Source of the DNA: Polymyxa betae A26-41
Lineage: Eukaryota > Protista > Endomyxa: Phytomyxea
Assembly (NCBI GenBank): GCA_003693705.1
Contig: RBZT01000771.1
Location: 1-64,000, forward strand
Reading direction: 5' to 3'
DNA length: 64,000 bases
The notes beneath the pieces were generated by a model that did no database searches, was not told the origin of the DNA, and was given only the letters and a program-made list of their open reading frames with translations. Within the stretch, counting starts at the first letter, position 1; each line of letters starts with the position of its first letter. A program made the translations under genes and the position numbers. Below, one piece after another: positions 1 to 12,742 of the stretch.

Positions 1-1334
1 GTGACGCTATTCTAAACGATGCCGCACTCATCGGAACAGCAGCCAATGTAGTTCTGTTGTCATGTCGTTTTGCTTTTCAAATGGCGTTCTAGGGCTTACA
101 TAGCGAAGATGAGATCGGCCAACAAGCGGCTATCAGGTTTCTGTATAATATATCGGTGCATTGTAAAGGTCGTATGGCTGTCGCCTCAGAGTCCAATATC
201 GTCAGTCTTGTCACCGACATGGTCATAAGGAGCCCGGGTCGTCAGATTCCAAGCGATCTGATTGGGCTGGCCGTCAATCTCAGCACAATCGATAAGGCTG
301 CAGCAATCATGTGCGAGAAAGATGCAATGACAGCTCTGGTGAAGCGATCTCTGACGGCAACAGATGTACTGCTGATGAAGCTACTGCACAATCTCTCTGT
401 TCATCCCAATAAGGTTCTATATTTTGATCAAATTCGTATTTTGTTTGTTTCGATGATATTATCGTTTTGGTTTGATATTTTGCCGAATTTGAATTGGTGA
501 ACAGGGCAAAGACCATCTGAGCCGATATCTAGCCGACTTCATCTCTTTGGCGAAGAGATCGCAACGGAACGAGTTTCTGGTTGAAACTTTGGGTATTATC
601 GGAAATCTCGACCAAACAACAGCCTCGTTCGCCCGCATTGTGACCCATAGCGACTTCATCGATTTCCTTGTCAAGCATTTGATTCCTGGGTTCACCGACG
701 ATGACGTCGTCCTGGCTGTTGTCATTGTGGTCGGAACCCTTGGGTCTGATTCACAATGTGCCCCAATTTTGGCGAGCTCTCGACTTGTTCGTCTTTTAGT
801 AGATACTCTTACAGGTATGGTCGCGCCCAGTGTGTAGTATGTTCTGACGAAATCTACAGAAAAAAGCGATGACGAGGAGATAATCCTACAGACAATATTC
901 GCAATCTACAGATTAATGTGCTATGATGAGACTCGGGCTCTTCTGCTTGCCATTCCGAAACTGATGGATAAATTGATTTACATCCACAAGACTGATACGA
1001 ATTCATCTGTTCAAGACTTAGCTGCACAGTGCATCATAATGGCGATCGCACAAGGCTCAGATTCGGACCGGGATAAAATCAAGCATAGTGTCTTTGAGCT
1101 GCATAACTTCGAATGGCTCAGAGCAGCATCGGCTTCAAATGCTGATGCTAACAGACCGGATTCGAGCTTCTCAGAAGATCGTGTAAGTAATTGCCTTATT
1201 TGATCTCCTTAAACCTCAATGTTCTATAGGGGGAGGCATATGGATGGAATAGCAGAGAGCCTTCTCCTGTAGGGCAATGGCCCGATACACATCATGCCGA
1301 TCTAGATGACGAATATTGCGGGGACTTATATTGA
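1..1334 (+). CDS. KIFAP3: Kinesin-associated protein 3 (KAP3/KIFAP3-like), 3' part; multi-exon, 5' end outside window
   Basis: Exon peptides 'DLIGLAVNLS...DVLLMKLLHNLSVH', 'EFLVETLGIIGNL', 'LIPGFTDDDVVLAVVIVVGTL', 'KSDDEEIILQTIFAIYRLM' resemble KAP armadillo repeats; last exon 1230-1334 ends ...CGDLY*. Confidence 0.8.
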
Positions 1335-1536
1335 ACATAATCTACCTGCAGATCTTAAAGAACCCAAATGGAAGACATCATTGCCTTATGCTTCAACCAA
1401 ATCTTTGTGCAATGGCCCTGTGTGTTAGGTGTATGGAAACTCTCCCATTAATGGATAGAAAATATTTGATGTAAGGCGGCTGTATCTGAGCTGTTGTTGT
1501 TGAAAAACAATTGTATTGGCAAGATTAACTTTGGGA

Positions 1537-2125
1537 TCAGTATTTCGACCACTCGTTGATATTGGTTATCTTGGCAAAACAATCCTTCGATGTTCGGCGT
1601 CGGCGTGTACGCATGATTGAAGGTTGCCCGTCCGAGTAAGCGATGCCAAGCGATTTACGATCTTCAATCAGGAAAGACGACTCGGAATTCAAATCAAGAC
1701 TGAATCTAAAATCCTATAATCCACCGTTAGCAATCTGCATCTGTTGGACGGCAACAGCTTACGATAGTGGAAGTTTCGGAATGGTTTTCCGATATCTGGT
1801 CGTAGAAGCATTTCCCATTCAGTTGATAGTACATATGTTTACCAGAACACATCGTTCTCTGAACACGAATCCATTTGCCTTCTCGACCCAAATAGGAGAC
1901 AATTGGAGCATTGCCTTGATACGATGAAATGACCAGGTGGGCGTCTTGCCAAATCGTCTGTCGCGACAGAGAATGGATTCGGAATGAAATGGTGACGGGT
2001 TCGGCCCCCGGATCCAGTTCAATGGGATAGGACAGGTCATTGGTCGGACGAAGGGTCACCTCCATGTAGTTAACCAACAATGCAGCGTTCGCCACGGACG
2101 ACACAATCAAGAAGATCACCAACAT
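1537..2125 (-). CDS. Small predicted secreted protein (~180 aa), unknown function
   Basis: N-terminus MLVIFLIVSSVANA is signal-peptide-like; GTAAGC..CTAAC..TAG intron at 1762-1714 extends the ORF to a TGA at 1537. Confidence 0.55.
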
Positions 2126-2703
2126 TGTAGCGTTGGGACGTGGAATTACGACTGATCGAAGGCTCACGGCTTCTTGAAAAGCTGAAGGTCACTCGATTGA
2201 CCGTAGTTTTTGAATAAATCATTTTTGACTGAGTGTACGACGTTACGGTTAATTGGCGCAGTTGTGGAGTGCGGATGACATGTCACGACAGGCCACGACC
2301 CGGTCACCCGTTGTAGTGGATAGATTACAGGTACCACGGCTCGGAATGTGTTAACACGGAGTTCCTGATAAGGCGACGTCCATCGCCAACATTATCACTT
2401 GTCTGAACCTTGACACTTGCGGATGTTTCTGTGTTGCTCGATTGCCATGGCGAACTAAGCCTTCGCCTTCTTGATCCTTCACAGGGGAAGCAGAATGCGA
2501 TACGATCTCACTGGAGTTCGCTATAGTTCTGCTGCGACAGAGTCAGCAAACCCAGAAAGTGTAGGCTACAAAGGAACTGTCATGGGAGATAGCATTTATT
2601 TCTGTTCAATTTCTCACGTTGGCTGCAGAATGGAAAGCTTCCGATGCTTAACTAAACGATGATTCTTTTGTGCAATAAAATCGAACCGTTCTTCTAAAAA
2701 CGT

Positions 2704-3635
2704 TCATGCATGCTGCCGAATGACAATGTTCGGACGAGATAATTTCTCAATGTCTTTCTCAAGCTGTTCTAACATAGCTTCGTGGCGCTCTTTGGTTCGA
2801 ACTTTGCTGATCGTATCGAGCTTGACCACATGCGTCATGGTCTGATAACGATGATTGACCTCGGCCCATTTCGCTTTCAAAGCGTCAACCAAAGCCATGC
2901 GCTCATCCTCAGGCAGATGAGTTTCGTCATTCTTTGATAATGATGATGTCTTCGTCATCCTCAAACGGACCTCTTCCAACCAATCATGTTCGCGTTGCAC
3001 CGTCTCTTTAACTTGTCTTAAGTAACCCGGTACGACTCCGAACGATTCTGTACTTGAACGTCAGTTTGGTATTTGCAACCGGAAACCTGGTTACCATGCT
3101 TTCCCATACCAAAAGGGTTCTTTGAGCTTGAATTACGGACAGATAATACAGGTTCGGACAGTATCGCCTCGATGGCATTCAATTTCACGTAATTTTTGGT
3201 CGTTTTCAAACCATTAACCGGGACGTCGCGACGATGCACGATGGGAGGAATGCGCTGGATATGTCTCTTAATGTACTTTTCGGTCGCACATGGAGCCGGC
3301 AGGATTTGATCTCGTTTGCGTAAGAAATCATCGGAACTTTGAGCGCAGCTATGATTAGGACCCAGAAAGCCATTACGCCGATGGTCATGCACAGGCTTAT
3401 CAGGATGAAAGTCGCCCGCTATATTGTAAACGCCGACTTGTGTGCAGGAGGCGGCACCAAACGTGGAAGCTGTGGGTACCGAATCGCCCGAATATTTGGA
3501 GACATATCGAGGAGGACGTTCGGGCGTTGCAGGACGTTCCACTATTAGGTCGTAGATGGATTCGGTGGTTCGCGCTCGCTTAACTGGGTCCGACCGTGAT
3601 GTCCGGCATACTCGGCTGGGCCGGGCTGGCGACAT
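2704..3635 (-). CDS. ENKUR: Enkurin (ciliary calmodulin-binding protein)
   Basis: N-terminal ESIYDLI...PPRYVSKY; spliced 'SFGVVPGYLRQVKE'; C-terminal 'LKAKWAEVNHRYQ...LDTISKVRTKE...LEQLEKDIEKL' enkurin domain. Confidence 0.85.
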
Positions 3636-3769
3636 CTTACTGATAGAATATCTCACCTACTGATCAAATATCTAATGAAAAAATGTAACCAAAATTTCAG
3701 AAAATCTGCGACTGTCAACAGCAAAATTTTGCATGGCATCGATATATTCTGAACATTCAGAGATATTTA

Positions 3770-6700
3770 TCACTGCTGCAGCAAGCGAGTCTCGACATAC
3801 GCCGAGACTCGCTTGGCAAATGCTTCATCTTTCGACCGGAAAGTCGCATTTAATTCTTTAGTAGGCAGTGCTACTAAGATTTCAATGAAGGCCAACACAC
3901 CGCTTGAAGCCTGAACAATTTCAGTTCATCATATCGCGAATAAACCCGATTTGACTCACAAGCTGCGTATAGAAATACAACTTTAAGTTCTGATCGAGTG
4001 TTCCGGAAGCAATCGGCGTGATGCGAGCCAGGGCCATCATCTGCTCGATTCGATTTGGATCCTGCATTGGCGACATCACCATTCTAAAAACGTCGGCATT
4101 CTTAAGCGATCCCCATTCGTTTTGAAAAGTAGGCGCATCGCAGATAGCATGCTCAGCCAGTTCCGATTTCTGTAAGCAGGTCAATCACGATGCGAGTGTT
4201 ATGAAATTCACAAACCAGATCACTTTCAGGCACTGCGTCGTATGAATTCAAATCCAATGACAATAGATCTTCAACCGCATCTTGTATCGCCGGGCGTTGC
4301 GGTGACGGAGTCCTTCGCTGCCGGCCATCGCCTTTATCGATAGCAAATTTCGGTGCAGAGCCAGCTCCAGGCACGGCCGACCCGAAGCTCTTCTCGTAAA
4401 CAACTGCCAGCTATAGGTGCGATTTAACTGACATTGCACAGATTAATGAGGATTCCATACAGAATTGAATTCACGGAAAAGCAAATTGCTGAGATTAGTA
4501 TCGACAATCTCAGCAAACGTATCGACACAATTCTGGGAGCAGTTAATAACACGATCGGCATCTTTATAATTATAACGCAGCAATCCATAATATAGAAGAG
4601 CACGATCACGGACCAGAACCTGGCGTTGCTCAGATGAGAGATATCAGATAAACTTTGATGAAAAATACCTCCTGTTCGGTGTCTGAAATCGCACTTCGCA
4701 AAAGACGTCCGAGCATCTTGTAAACCTACCATGATTTTACAATCTGGTTCAAAGACCAATCCGAATTCTTACCTCCGGTGGGCGCTTGAAGAATAATTTG
4801 ACGGTGGATGAAAGAAGCTCACAGCGGACCAAGCACGACCGTTCGGATTCAAACCTAATAGGCGATAGTGAGAAATTGCATAAATAGGTGCATATAACAA
4901 CGAATTACTCGTCTATATAATCTTCAAGAACATAAGGGGCATCTTGGATTTTGTCTCCATATTCTCCTAATATCCAAATTGTAGCAGCCTGAACAGTTAG
5001 AATACACGAATCGTTTCAGAGCGCTGTTGTGATACCTTTCCATCTTCACCTCGAACGGATCGGACAGTTCGCTGCAAAGCCGGTAAAATCTCTTCATGCC
5101 GTTCGGGGTATTTCCGTAGTAGATCTTTAAGAGCAACACAAGTCTCGGTATTGACGTAATCCATGTGTAGCTCAAGAAAGCTCAAAAGATGCTCGATGGC
5201 CTCATCAGCAACCTGCAGAACAATGATTAAGGAGTATGTTACGGAACCGCTTTTCCAACAATGGAAGCTTTAACGTTTGAAAACAAACGGAGCGTTGAAT
5301 GTAAAAAAAACGATAGCCGACCTCTTCAACGGTGATAGCTAAATACCCGATTGTACGAACAGATTTCTTGGCGATCTCGACGTTTGCATCAGCAACGTAT
5401 TCACTAAGTTCGTTCAAGACTTCACCACCATTACTCGGATTCGCCAGTTTCGCCAAGATCTCGAGCTTTAACACTTTGATGCAAAGCGGGTCGTTGTGGC
5501 GCAGATAGAAAGCCTTGTATTGGTCATCGAATGCGCCCGGACATCTAGTGACCAGCAACTTCACATGCGACAGAATCGGGTAGGCGATGTGATGGCTTGT
5601 TCCCCCAATAAAGGTCAGCAGAGGCGCTAAATTCACTGATAAGCAACTATTCAGGGGAACCCAAAATAGTAAATAGATGAAACCGGCAGTAATTGATACA
5701 AGGTCACACCTTTGATGCGATCGTAGACGCCGCGATGAACTTGAGGATACGATTGAGTGAAAAACAGGAAGACTTTCACCGTGTCCATAACGACAGCGCT
5801 GTTAGCATGCCGCAATCGATCTTCCAACAAATTCATGATATCGTACATCTCGTCTTCGGATTCGGGCGTGTATCGCGATACCAATTCCAGTATGGTGCAT
5901 TGAGCCCATTCGTTGAAATCGCGAATTCGATTCAACAAATGCATGATGATTTGACGATTTGTGACAATGCCTCCCTCATCTGCCAAAATGCTGCGCGAAA
6001 TCAGCGAATAATATCATTGCAAACAAAAGTTTCAGTACTCATTCAACGCCTTAATTACGTTATCTACGACGACAGGGTCGCGATCTTTAAGCATATTATA
6101 GAGCAGATCGACAATATCGGAATCTAAACAGAATCCGGTTTACGAATGCAATCGAGTAATTTTCTGAGCGGGACCTTTAATCATCGAAGTTGATAGGGTG
6201 TTAATTTTGGCACAGCCGACAACGGCGGCTTTCCTTACGTAGGGACTCGGATCGTTTAGCCCTTTCCTTATCGGCAACATGACGTACTCTAAGAGTTGAG
6301 GGACCCTATCTATGCAATCGGAAATTGGATCGCAAAAGATGCAATTTGTTAAAAGGCATTCCAAAGATTCTTCGTCGAAAATCGTCATGAAAACCGACCT
6401 GAGCGAACACAGACTTCGTAGGGCAAGGCCGCGAACCATGGGATCGTCATCACGACAGTCCTTCTGCAGTGTATTGATAGCCAGGAGCGCGGTCTCTGGT
6501 TTCTGCACAGCAAATGTAGCAATATACAGATAGACCATCTTCTTCTGAACGAGATCTTTCGTATGCGTTGCCTGAGCTTGCGTTCAAAACCGCAACACCG
6601 CGTAATGATACATTAAAACAAACGTAATGCGACCACAGCAAGTGTATTCGATATTACCATGATCATGTCAGTGAATAGATTCGATACATCGATGCCAAGG

Positions 6701-6831
6701 GTCATATAGGCAATAACGCGCTCAACGACGCCTCGCTTTTTGACGGCATCCAGCTTCGGGTTACGAAGCATCGTTTGAAGTTCGGCGACCTCGCCGCGAC
6801 GATGCTCGACAAAATACGACGGCGTCGTCAT
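3770..6831 (-). CDS. AP4B1: AP-4 complex subunit beta (beta-adaptin family), multi-exon
   Basis: '[12 protein letters not shown]...[15 protein letters not shown]', '[30 protein letters not shown]', '[13 protein letters not shown]', '[13 protein letters not shown]'; C-terminal appendage ends ...VETRLLQQ*. Confidence 0.88.
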
Positions 6832-7088
6832 GGTGCCGAGGCAGCGGCGCTGCCGTCGACGATCACGAATCGATTATGACAAGCTTAACGCACTCTTCTC
6901 TCTCCGCTAACGTAAAGTCGACATGGGACCGTCAATGAAGGCGCGTTTATGGGAGCCCAAGGCCCCAGATTGGCTGGCACAGAACTCGAAGTCGTCGATG
7001 GCGAGAGCTAAGACTATCGATTCTTCGGTCGCTCTTCCATAGATTACTCGGCAACCGTTGACGTCAACCGCTGCATGGAACGTTCGGG

Positions 7089-9068
7089 TTAGCTGAATGA
7101 GTTCTGTTTATTTCGAATCAGGCTGGCGTTATTAGAGACTGACATTGTCCCAAGCCCAACCAGCCTAAGTATCTCCATTGATATATACAATATATACTTA
7201 CTTACGCTGAGTAGAGATATCAAGTTAGCATGCCTCAAAGGCGAATAGATCGCTGCCTCCCAAGAACGCAGCATTTCTCTTTGCTACAGGTGATATTGAA
7301 TGGGTCGCTTGAAGCAGCAGACCGACCCGAATCGCTTTCTGCCTCGACATTCCGAATTGGCCCAACGTTGTGCATAACGACGACGCCATCCAGCAACCCG
7401 AATACCTTCGAAACATTCTTCTATGATCGCTGGTCTGGACCGACTCGCGAAGTCTGGCCAGGGTTAGAGACCGTCCTGGGACCTGGGCCGACAGGAACGG
7501 GTCCACGACCTCTGCGGCCGACTGGTCGTACGGCAGCGCCGCCGCCTTGGTCAGTGTGGACAGGCGGTGCTTGGGCGAATGGATCCGCGTCTCGAACTGC
7601 CTGATAATCCTGTGGATAGACGCCCTATTATCATCATTGCGAAGCTTGATTGGTATGATAGTGGTTAATAGGCGCACATCTTCTAACAGAGCAGCAGTAG
7701 ATGATGTATGAGACAGAAGACGTCTCTCGCTCACATCTCTTATACTGCTAGTAGGCTCTTCATCACATCGAATTGTCCGAAGCAGCTTCAGGGTCGTCAA
7801 GACTAGGTCCTTGTCCACCGCTTCATGTGACCCGTCTGGCTCGAGGCGAAGCCCGCCATATGTCACTATCAAGGTTTAGCATCGCCTAAGATAACACCGT
7901 TCAGCGTACCTTGTTCTTGGACGAGTTGAAGCAAGCCGACAAGATTCATCCAAGGCTTCGCCGAATGATTCTGCTGGGGAAAATGCCGCTTGCCGAGTTT
8001 ACGAATCAAGCAGACTAGCGATTGCCGAGCGAATTCCTCTCCCAGTTGGACCTCGGCGATTTTCGAAATGGCCTCGAACAGGTCTCGATGCGACTGAAGG
8101 GTGACAAATGCATGTGCCTGTATCGACGCCAAGATTGATTGGATATAGACTGTGACGTCGCTCGAGCGAATATGACAGAGAGCCATCGGGGCTGTCCACC
8201 AGTCCTGCACGCCGATAAAGATGACATCACAGTTGTGTGGGTTATCCAACAACGCCACCATATCGCTTAGAGCGTCCGCGGCGTAATCGTAGGGTGCCTT
8301 CGCCAAAACTGTGAAGTAGACGTTCCACATAGCCGGCCTGACGATCGTCCCGAACGCTAGTAAGGATTCGTCTGAGTATCGGCGCTGCTTTCGTCGCCGA
8401 AGATAGTCGCAGATGTCGTCGATGACGGTCAACACCATGATGGCGTTGTGCAGGTCCTCCGAATACTGCAGCCGGGCCATGAATGCCCGAAAGGCGCGCG
8501 TGAACTGCTGGCAGACCGGGCACGCCGACGCCGCCGGGATGTCACAATCGCGATGGGCACGGCGATGCCGCTCGAAGATCGTGTGGATCAGGAGGATCTC
8601 GTGGAAGTGCAGCGACGACGTGTTCGCCATCGCCACCACGAAGCGCGGCGTTAGGGCGGTCCGCACCAGCAGCGCTCGAATGCGTCGCAGGGTGGCCGCC
8701 TTGGTGGCGTTCAGCTCGAGAGAGTCATCGCTCTGGTTCAGGGCGGATTCCGCCCGGTCATACATGTCGTCCAGGAGCGCCTCGATTAGGGCTGCGTCCG
8801 TCGGGTACAGCGACAAACCGTAGTCGATATCGGCATCGGTAAGCGTGACGCCGGCGAGGACGCGGTCCAGATCGGCCTGCCCTTGCAACGCCGCCTTCGC
8901 TTGTCGTGCTAGCTCAGAGCGGAATCCGAGTTCCCCGACTTGGGCGGGCCTGCGTGTGAGGGCGGCGCTGATGATCGTGAGCCAGCGCTCGGCTTCGTCG
9001 GCGAGCTGTTCGGCGCTCATAGGCAGCCCAATCGTGTTTATCTCGCTAGTCCCATCCGGGGCAGACAT
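7089..9068 (-). CDS. Hypothetical alpha-helical protein, multi-exon (3' end uncertain)
   Basis: 399-aa ORF 9068-7869 joined by short introns to the 7865-7330 ORF and smaller downstream exons; no family confidently recognised. Confidence 0.6.
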
Positions 9069-9179
9069 TTTTCAAAAGTGCAGCGAGTTCGAAGAACGAA
9101 CAAAACGTAGACTACCGGCATGGTCGGGATAGTTCCAGAAAATGTTCCAGAACTGCTTACGTGACTCTATAATAATTTA

Positions 9180-10502
9180 TTATTTCAGTGTTATTGTAGA
9201 GGAAGAATCTAGTAATGGATCGCGAAGGTATTTATCCAACCTAAACGTGCTGAAAGCGATGGCCACGATACCAACCGCCACGGCTAGAACCGGTGCCGCG
9301 CCTCGCATCCCAGCCCAGTCCATCAGGGCGCCGCCAATCAGTGGGCCGATGGTCTCACCCAAACTGTACGACGCCACCAGCACGCCTGACATGACGTCCG
9401 TGGCGCCGGCTCCGAGATGTTTCGTCAGGGACAGCATCTGCGGCGGGACCGGTACGACGACGACCGCGCAGCCGGCGCTGAGAACGGCCAGCGATAGGAT
9501 TCGGATCCAGATGAGCTGAGCGCCTAACGCGGCCAGGGCACCGCACGAGACGATCATGCCGCCGGTAATGCAGGAATGCGCATTGGACGGCGTCACGGCG
9601 TGGCCGACGATCGGCGATGCGATCGCGTAGACGGCGCTGATCATGACGAATACCAAGCCGATCGACGACGTCGATAGATGATGTGCGGCCAACGTCGGCT
9701 GCAGAGAGAGATCGAGGAAGCTGAAGATCGACATGCTGGTAACGCTGGCGGCGATCAGCATTAAAACGCCGGGCGCCTTGAGAACGTTCAGAACAGTGAC
9801 CGAGCTGGGCGCCAGAGCGGCTGCCTTCCTTTTTGGGATCGCCATGTTCAAGACCAGCATGGTGATCAGCGTTACATTGCCGACCACGAAGAACGGCATT
9901 CGATAGCCGCCGTATTCGAATAGCAGGCCGCCTAGGAAGGGACCCAGCATATAACCGGCACAGCCACAGACCTCTAAGGTCCCGCTGATCTTGCCAAGGT
10001 CTTCTGGGTAAACGGCCGCCATCAGAGCCGACGAACCCGTCGACGATGCCGCGCTGGCCGCGCCTTGCAGGATGCGGATGATGGCGGCGACAACGATGAA
10101 GGAGTTGCCCGAGAGCGAGTCGATAAAAGCGAAGGAGATGGTGCAGGCGCCAAGCGTGCAGCCGCCGACAATGATGACGATTTTCGGGCCGATTCGCGGG
10201 ACGACGCGGCCACAGATCGGCGCGAACACGAGGACAGTGAGAGGGAACATGGACAGGATCCAGCCGGCGGCAGAAAGCGTGGCACCCCTGCGGACGGCTT
10301 CGCCTGGGAAGAAGGGCCCGATTAGAGAGAGTGGCATGGCCAGGACTAGACTGAGTAATGAAAGCATGATGAAGCATGGGGTGTCGGCTCGGCGAGCTTG
10401 GGCGCCCGCGTCACCATAGACACAGCTGTTTCGTTCGATGGCATCATCGCCTAGAGCGACGTACGTCGCGCCTGCGACCACGTCGTCGTTGCGATACGTC
10501 AT
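9180..10502 (-). CDS. MFS transporter (SLC18B1/vesicular amine transporter-like), intronless
   Basis: ~12 hydrophobic segments; motifs 'GPFFPGEAVRRG', 'GRVVPRIGPK', 'RILQG', 'GYMLGPFLGGLLFEYGGYRMPF', 'SLGETIGPLIGG'; start taken at MTYRNDD (uncertain). Confidence 0.85.
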   Translation of the reverse strand: MTYRNDDVVAGATYVALGDDAIERNSCVYGDAGAQARRADTPCFIMLSLLSLVLAMPLSLIGPFFPGEAVRRGATLSAAGWILSMFPLTVLVFAPICGRVVPRIGPKIVIIVGGCTLGACTISFAFIDSLSGNSFIVVAAIIRILQGAASAASSTGSSALMAAVYPEDLGKISGTLEVCGCAGYMLGPFLGGLLFEYGGYRMPFFVVGNVTLITMLVLNMAIPKRKAAALAPSSVTVLNVLKAPGVLMLIAASVTSMSIFSFLDLSLQPTLAAHHLSTSSIGLVFVMISAVYAIASPIVGHAVTPSNAHSCITGGMIVSCGALAALGAQLIWIRILSLAVLSAGCAVVVVPVPPQMLSLTKHLGAGATDVMSGVLVASYSLGETIGPLIGGALMDWAGMRGAAPVLAVAVGIVAIAFSTFRLDKYLRDPLLDSSSTITLK

Positions 10503-11462
10503 ACATTCGACAGGAAAGATATCCGACTGAAGCTTCTGACGTTGGAACGGGTGCCGGAAATCGCGCGGCCTACGCACTAATCATGGGTCAAGGACCGGAA
10601 TCTGGCTGATCTGCCAGCTTCCGCTCCTGTCTAATCTGTCGGATTATTAAGGCGTCGGGATTTGGATGGCTTTGATAGGGAGATTTGCAGCACGTTTGTT
10701 GTAGGTTGACCCAGCCCAGGAATATCTGTCGATGGACTCGTTACAGGAGAGGATCGCTGCGAAACCGAATCAGAATCTGCGATTGCTTGTTGCCGTTGTT
10801 GCGCGCGCATTTGATTCGTGCCCACTTCCCCTGGATTACTCAGCGTAAAATAGCAGAGGCTAACCGCCAATAGAAGCTCTTAATAAAATTCAAATTTATA
10901 TAATTCAAAAACAACATTCAGTAGCAGTTGGCGGTTTTGCAATTATTTCGCAATGATCTTTGCTCACTGACATTAATTGCTTTGGCATCTTAACAGATAG
11001 GTAGTACCCTGTTGCAAGGCTTTATCGCCCATGAGCCTCTGTTTCTTGCGCTTAGCCAGCCGAAGGTGCGAACAGAAAGGGATATTCCCAACTATTCAAA
11101 CTGCATACTCTCTGATCACAGATACTTCTACTTTCAAGAACAACGTAATGTTTTGGCGACCTAACCTTTGAAGAAATATTGATCATTATATTTTATCAAA
11201 GAAATCTAATCGGTTTAACTTGAGGCGGCAGCATGGTCATATAAAAGTCATTAATATCACCATCGGTCTCGCTGATCACCAAATTATCCGACCTGTATGG
11301 TAATACTGGAGCTTCGGGTCGAAACCCCGAACAACAGACAGATTGAAACGCCGCATCTGACTTGTCTTGCTGTTCAAAATGAACAACGATGCAGATACAG
11401 ACAGCGACACGAGAGAGATTTGCATAGAGAAATGGTAAACAAGGAACAGTCGACCAGACACC

Positions 11463-11530
11463 AGGCTGCAGCGGGCTGCATCACACAAGAAGGCTGCAGC
11501 GGGCTGCATCACCGTCATCACACAAGAAGA
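11463..11530. repeat. Short tandem duplication (28-bp unit AGGCTGCAGCGGGCTGCATCACACAAGA, ~2 copies)
   Basis: Directly visible; second copy interrupted by a short insertion. Confidence 0.7.
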
Positions 11531-11588
11531 CTAGTTGCTGCTGCAGCCCAGCAAGATTTCTACTTGCAAAACACCCTCTATGCGGCTT

Positions 11589-12460
11589 TTATTGTTCGTC
11601 TCCATCATCGTCTGATGACAAGGCGGCATCCGGTCGGAAGTTATAGAACAGCAGGCGGCTCTTGTCGATTCCGATACGAATCGGGCGGAGCTGCCCGTCG
11701 ATATCCTGCAGGAGGCGTTCGTAATGCTGCCGTTCCTGGTCGACGCGCCGCCTGGCTTCTTCGTTCTCCTGGCGCTGTCCTTCGAGCTGCTCGATCTGAT
11801 TACGGAGACGTTCAAACTCTTTCGTCGCCCGGCTGTGCTCCGATTCTAATCTCGTCGCCGTTACCGACATTCGCTGAGCATCAGCCAGGGTTTCGGCTAG
11901 ATTCTTTCGTAGATGTTTTCTGTCTTCAAGCAGTGCCCGCTGTCTCATCGATAGAGCGCGATATTCGCTTAAATACTTCTCGGCGGCGTCCTCGGGTTCA
12001 GCTTCGCCACTGCGTTTCAGGTGCTTTTCAATCATGGACTGAAGCGGGACGTTGACGGCGCGTGATTGGATCGTCAGCCGACAGAATGGGCATTTCGGTT
12101 TCGTGAGGCGATCCAGACATGATTTACAGAACGTATGGCCGCATGGGAACAGTACGGTGGGAGCATGGTCGGTTCCCGCCATCAATGTCGAACTGAAAGC
12201 CGTCTGTTAGCGAATCTTTCAGTAAATTTTATTGTCGTTGTTTGATACCAGATTTGGCATTCGTAATCGCTGTTGAGTTCAGTGCTTCGTTCTCTACTTT
12301 TTCCAGGATTGGTCATTGAGGGTGGCGGGATTTGTTTTTGCTGCGACGACGGCGTCGTCGGTCTGCTAGCCGCATGCACAGTCTGTTTATGTTCTTGCAT
12401 CCAGCTGGCTCGCTGGCGCTCGAGCTGTTCCCGGCGCGATTGCCGCGACGAACTCGCCAT
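11589..12460 (-). CDS. RING-HC finger plus coiled-coil protein (putative E3 ligase), 2 exons
   Basis: Spliced 'YECQIC...APTVLFPCGHTFCKSCLDRLTKPKCPFCR' followed by a long coiled coil. Confidence 0.8.
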
Positions 12461-12742
12461 CAAACGGTCACTCAATGGTCGTGATCGTTCAGCTGTACTA
12501 TTATTCAGAGGTGATCATCAAAATACATCATGATTAGTTTATCAATGACCTCCTGCTCTTCTTGCAATTGTTGAGAGCATACAATTGGAAACAAATGATG
12601 GTAAATTAGATTCGGCCGCCATGCCATTTTCAAGATGGAAATGAAGCTAGGGTTTAGGGTTTGTTTGGACTGTCCCCATTTTTAATAATTGCGCAAACTT
12701 TGGCCTTGAAATTCCCCATTTTGTCTTTGAGCAACGACTCTG

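Noticed and set aside
2441-2455. X-box-like ATTGCCATGGCGAAC near ciliary genes
   Set aside because: Imperfect match, downstream rather than upstream of enkurin, and RFX regulation is not expected in this probable lineage
9355-10419. Long alternative-frame and antisense ORFs over the MFS gene (e.g. 340 aa)
   Set aside because: Shadow ORFs expected from high GC and codon bias; R/P/H-rich, non-protein-like composition
11297-12055. 252-aa plus-strand ORF
   Set aside because: Antisense to the RING/coiled-coil gene and runs through a short repeat; no recognisable motifs
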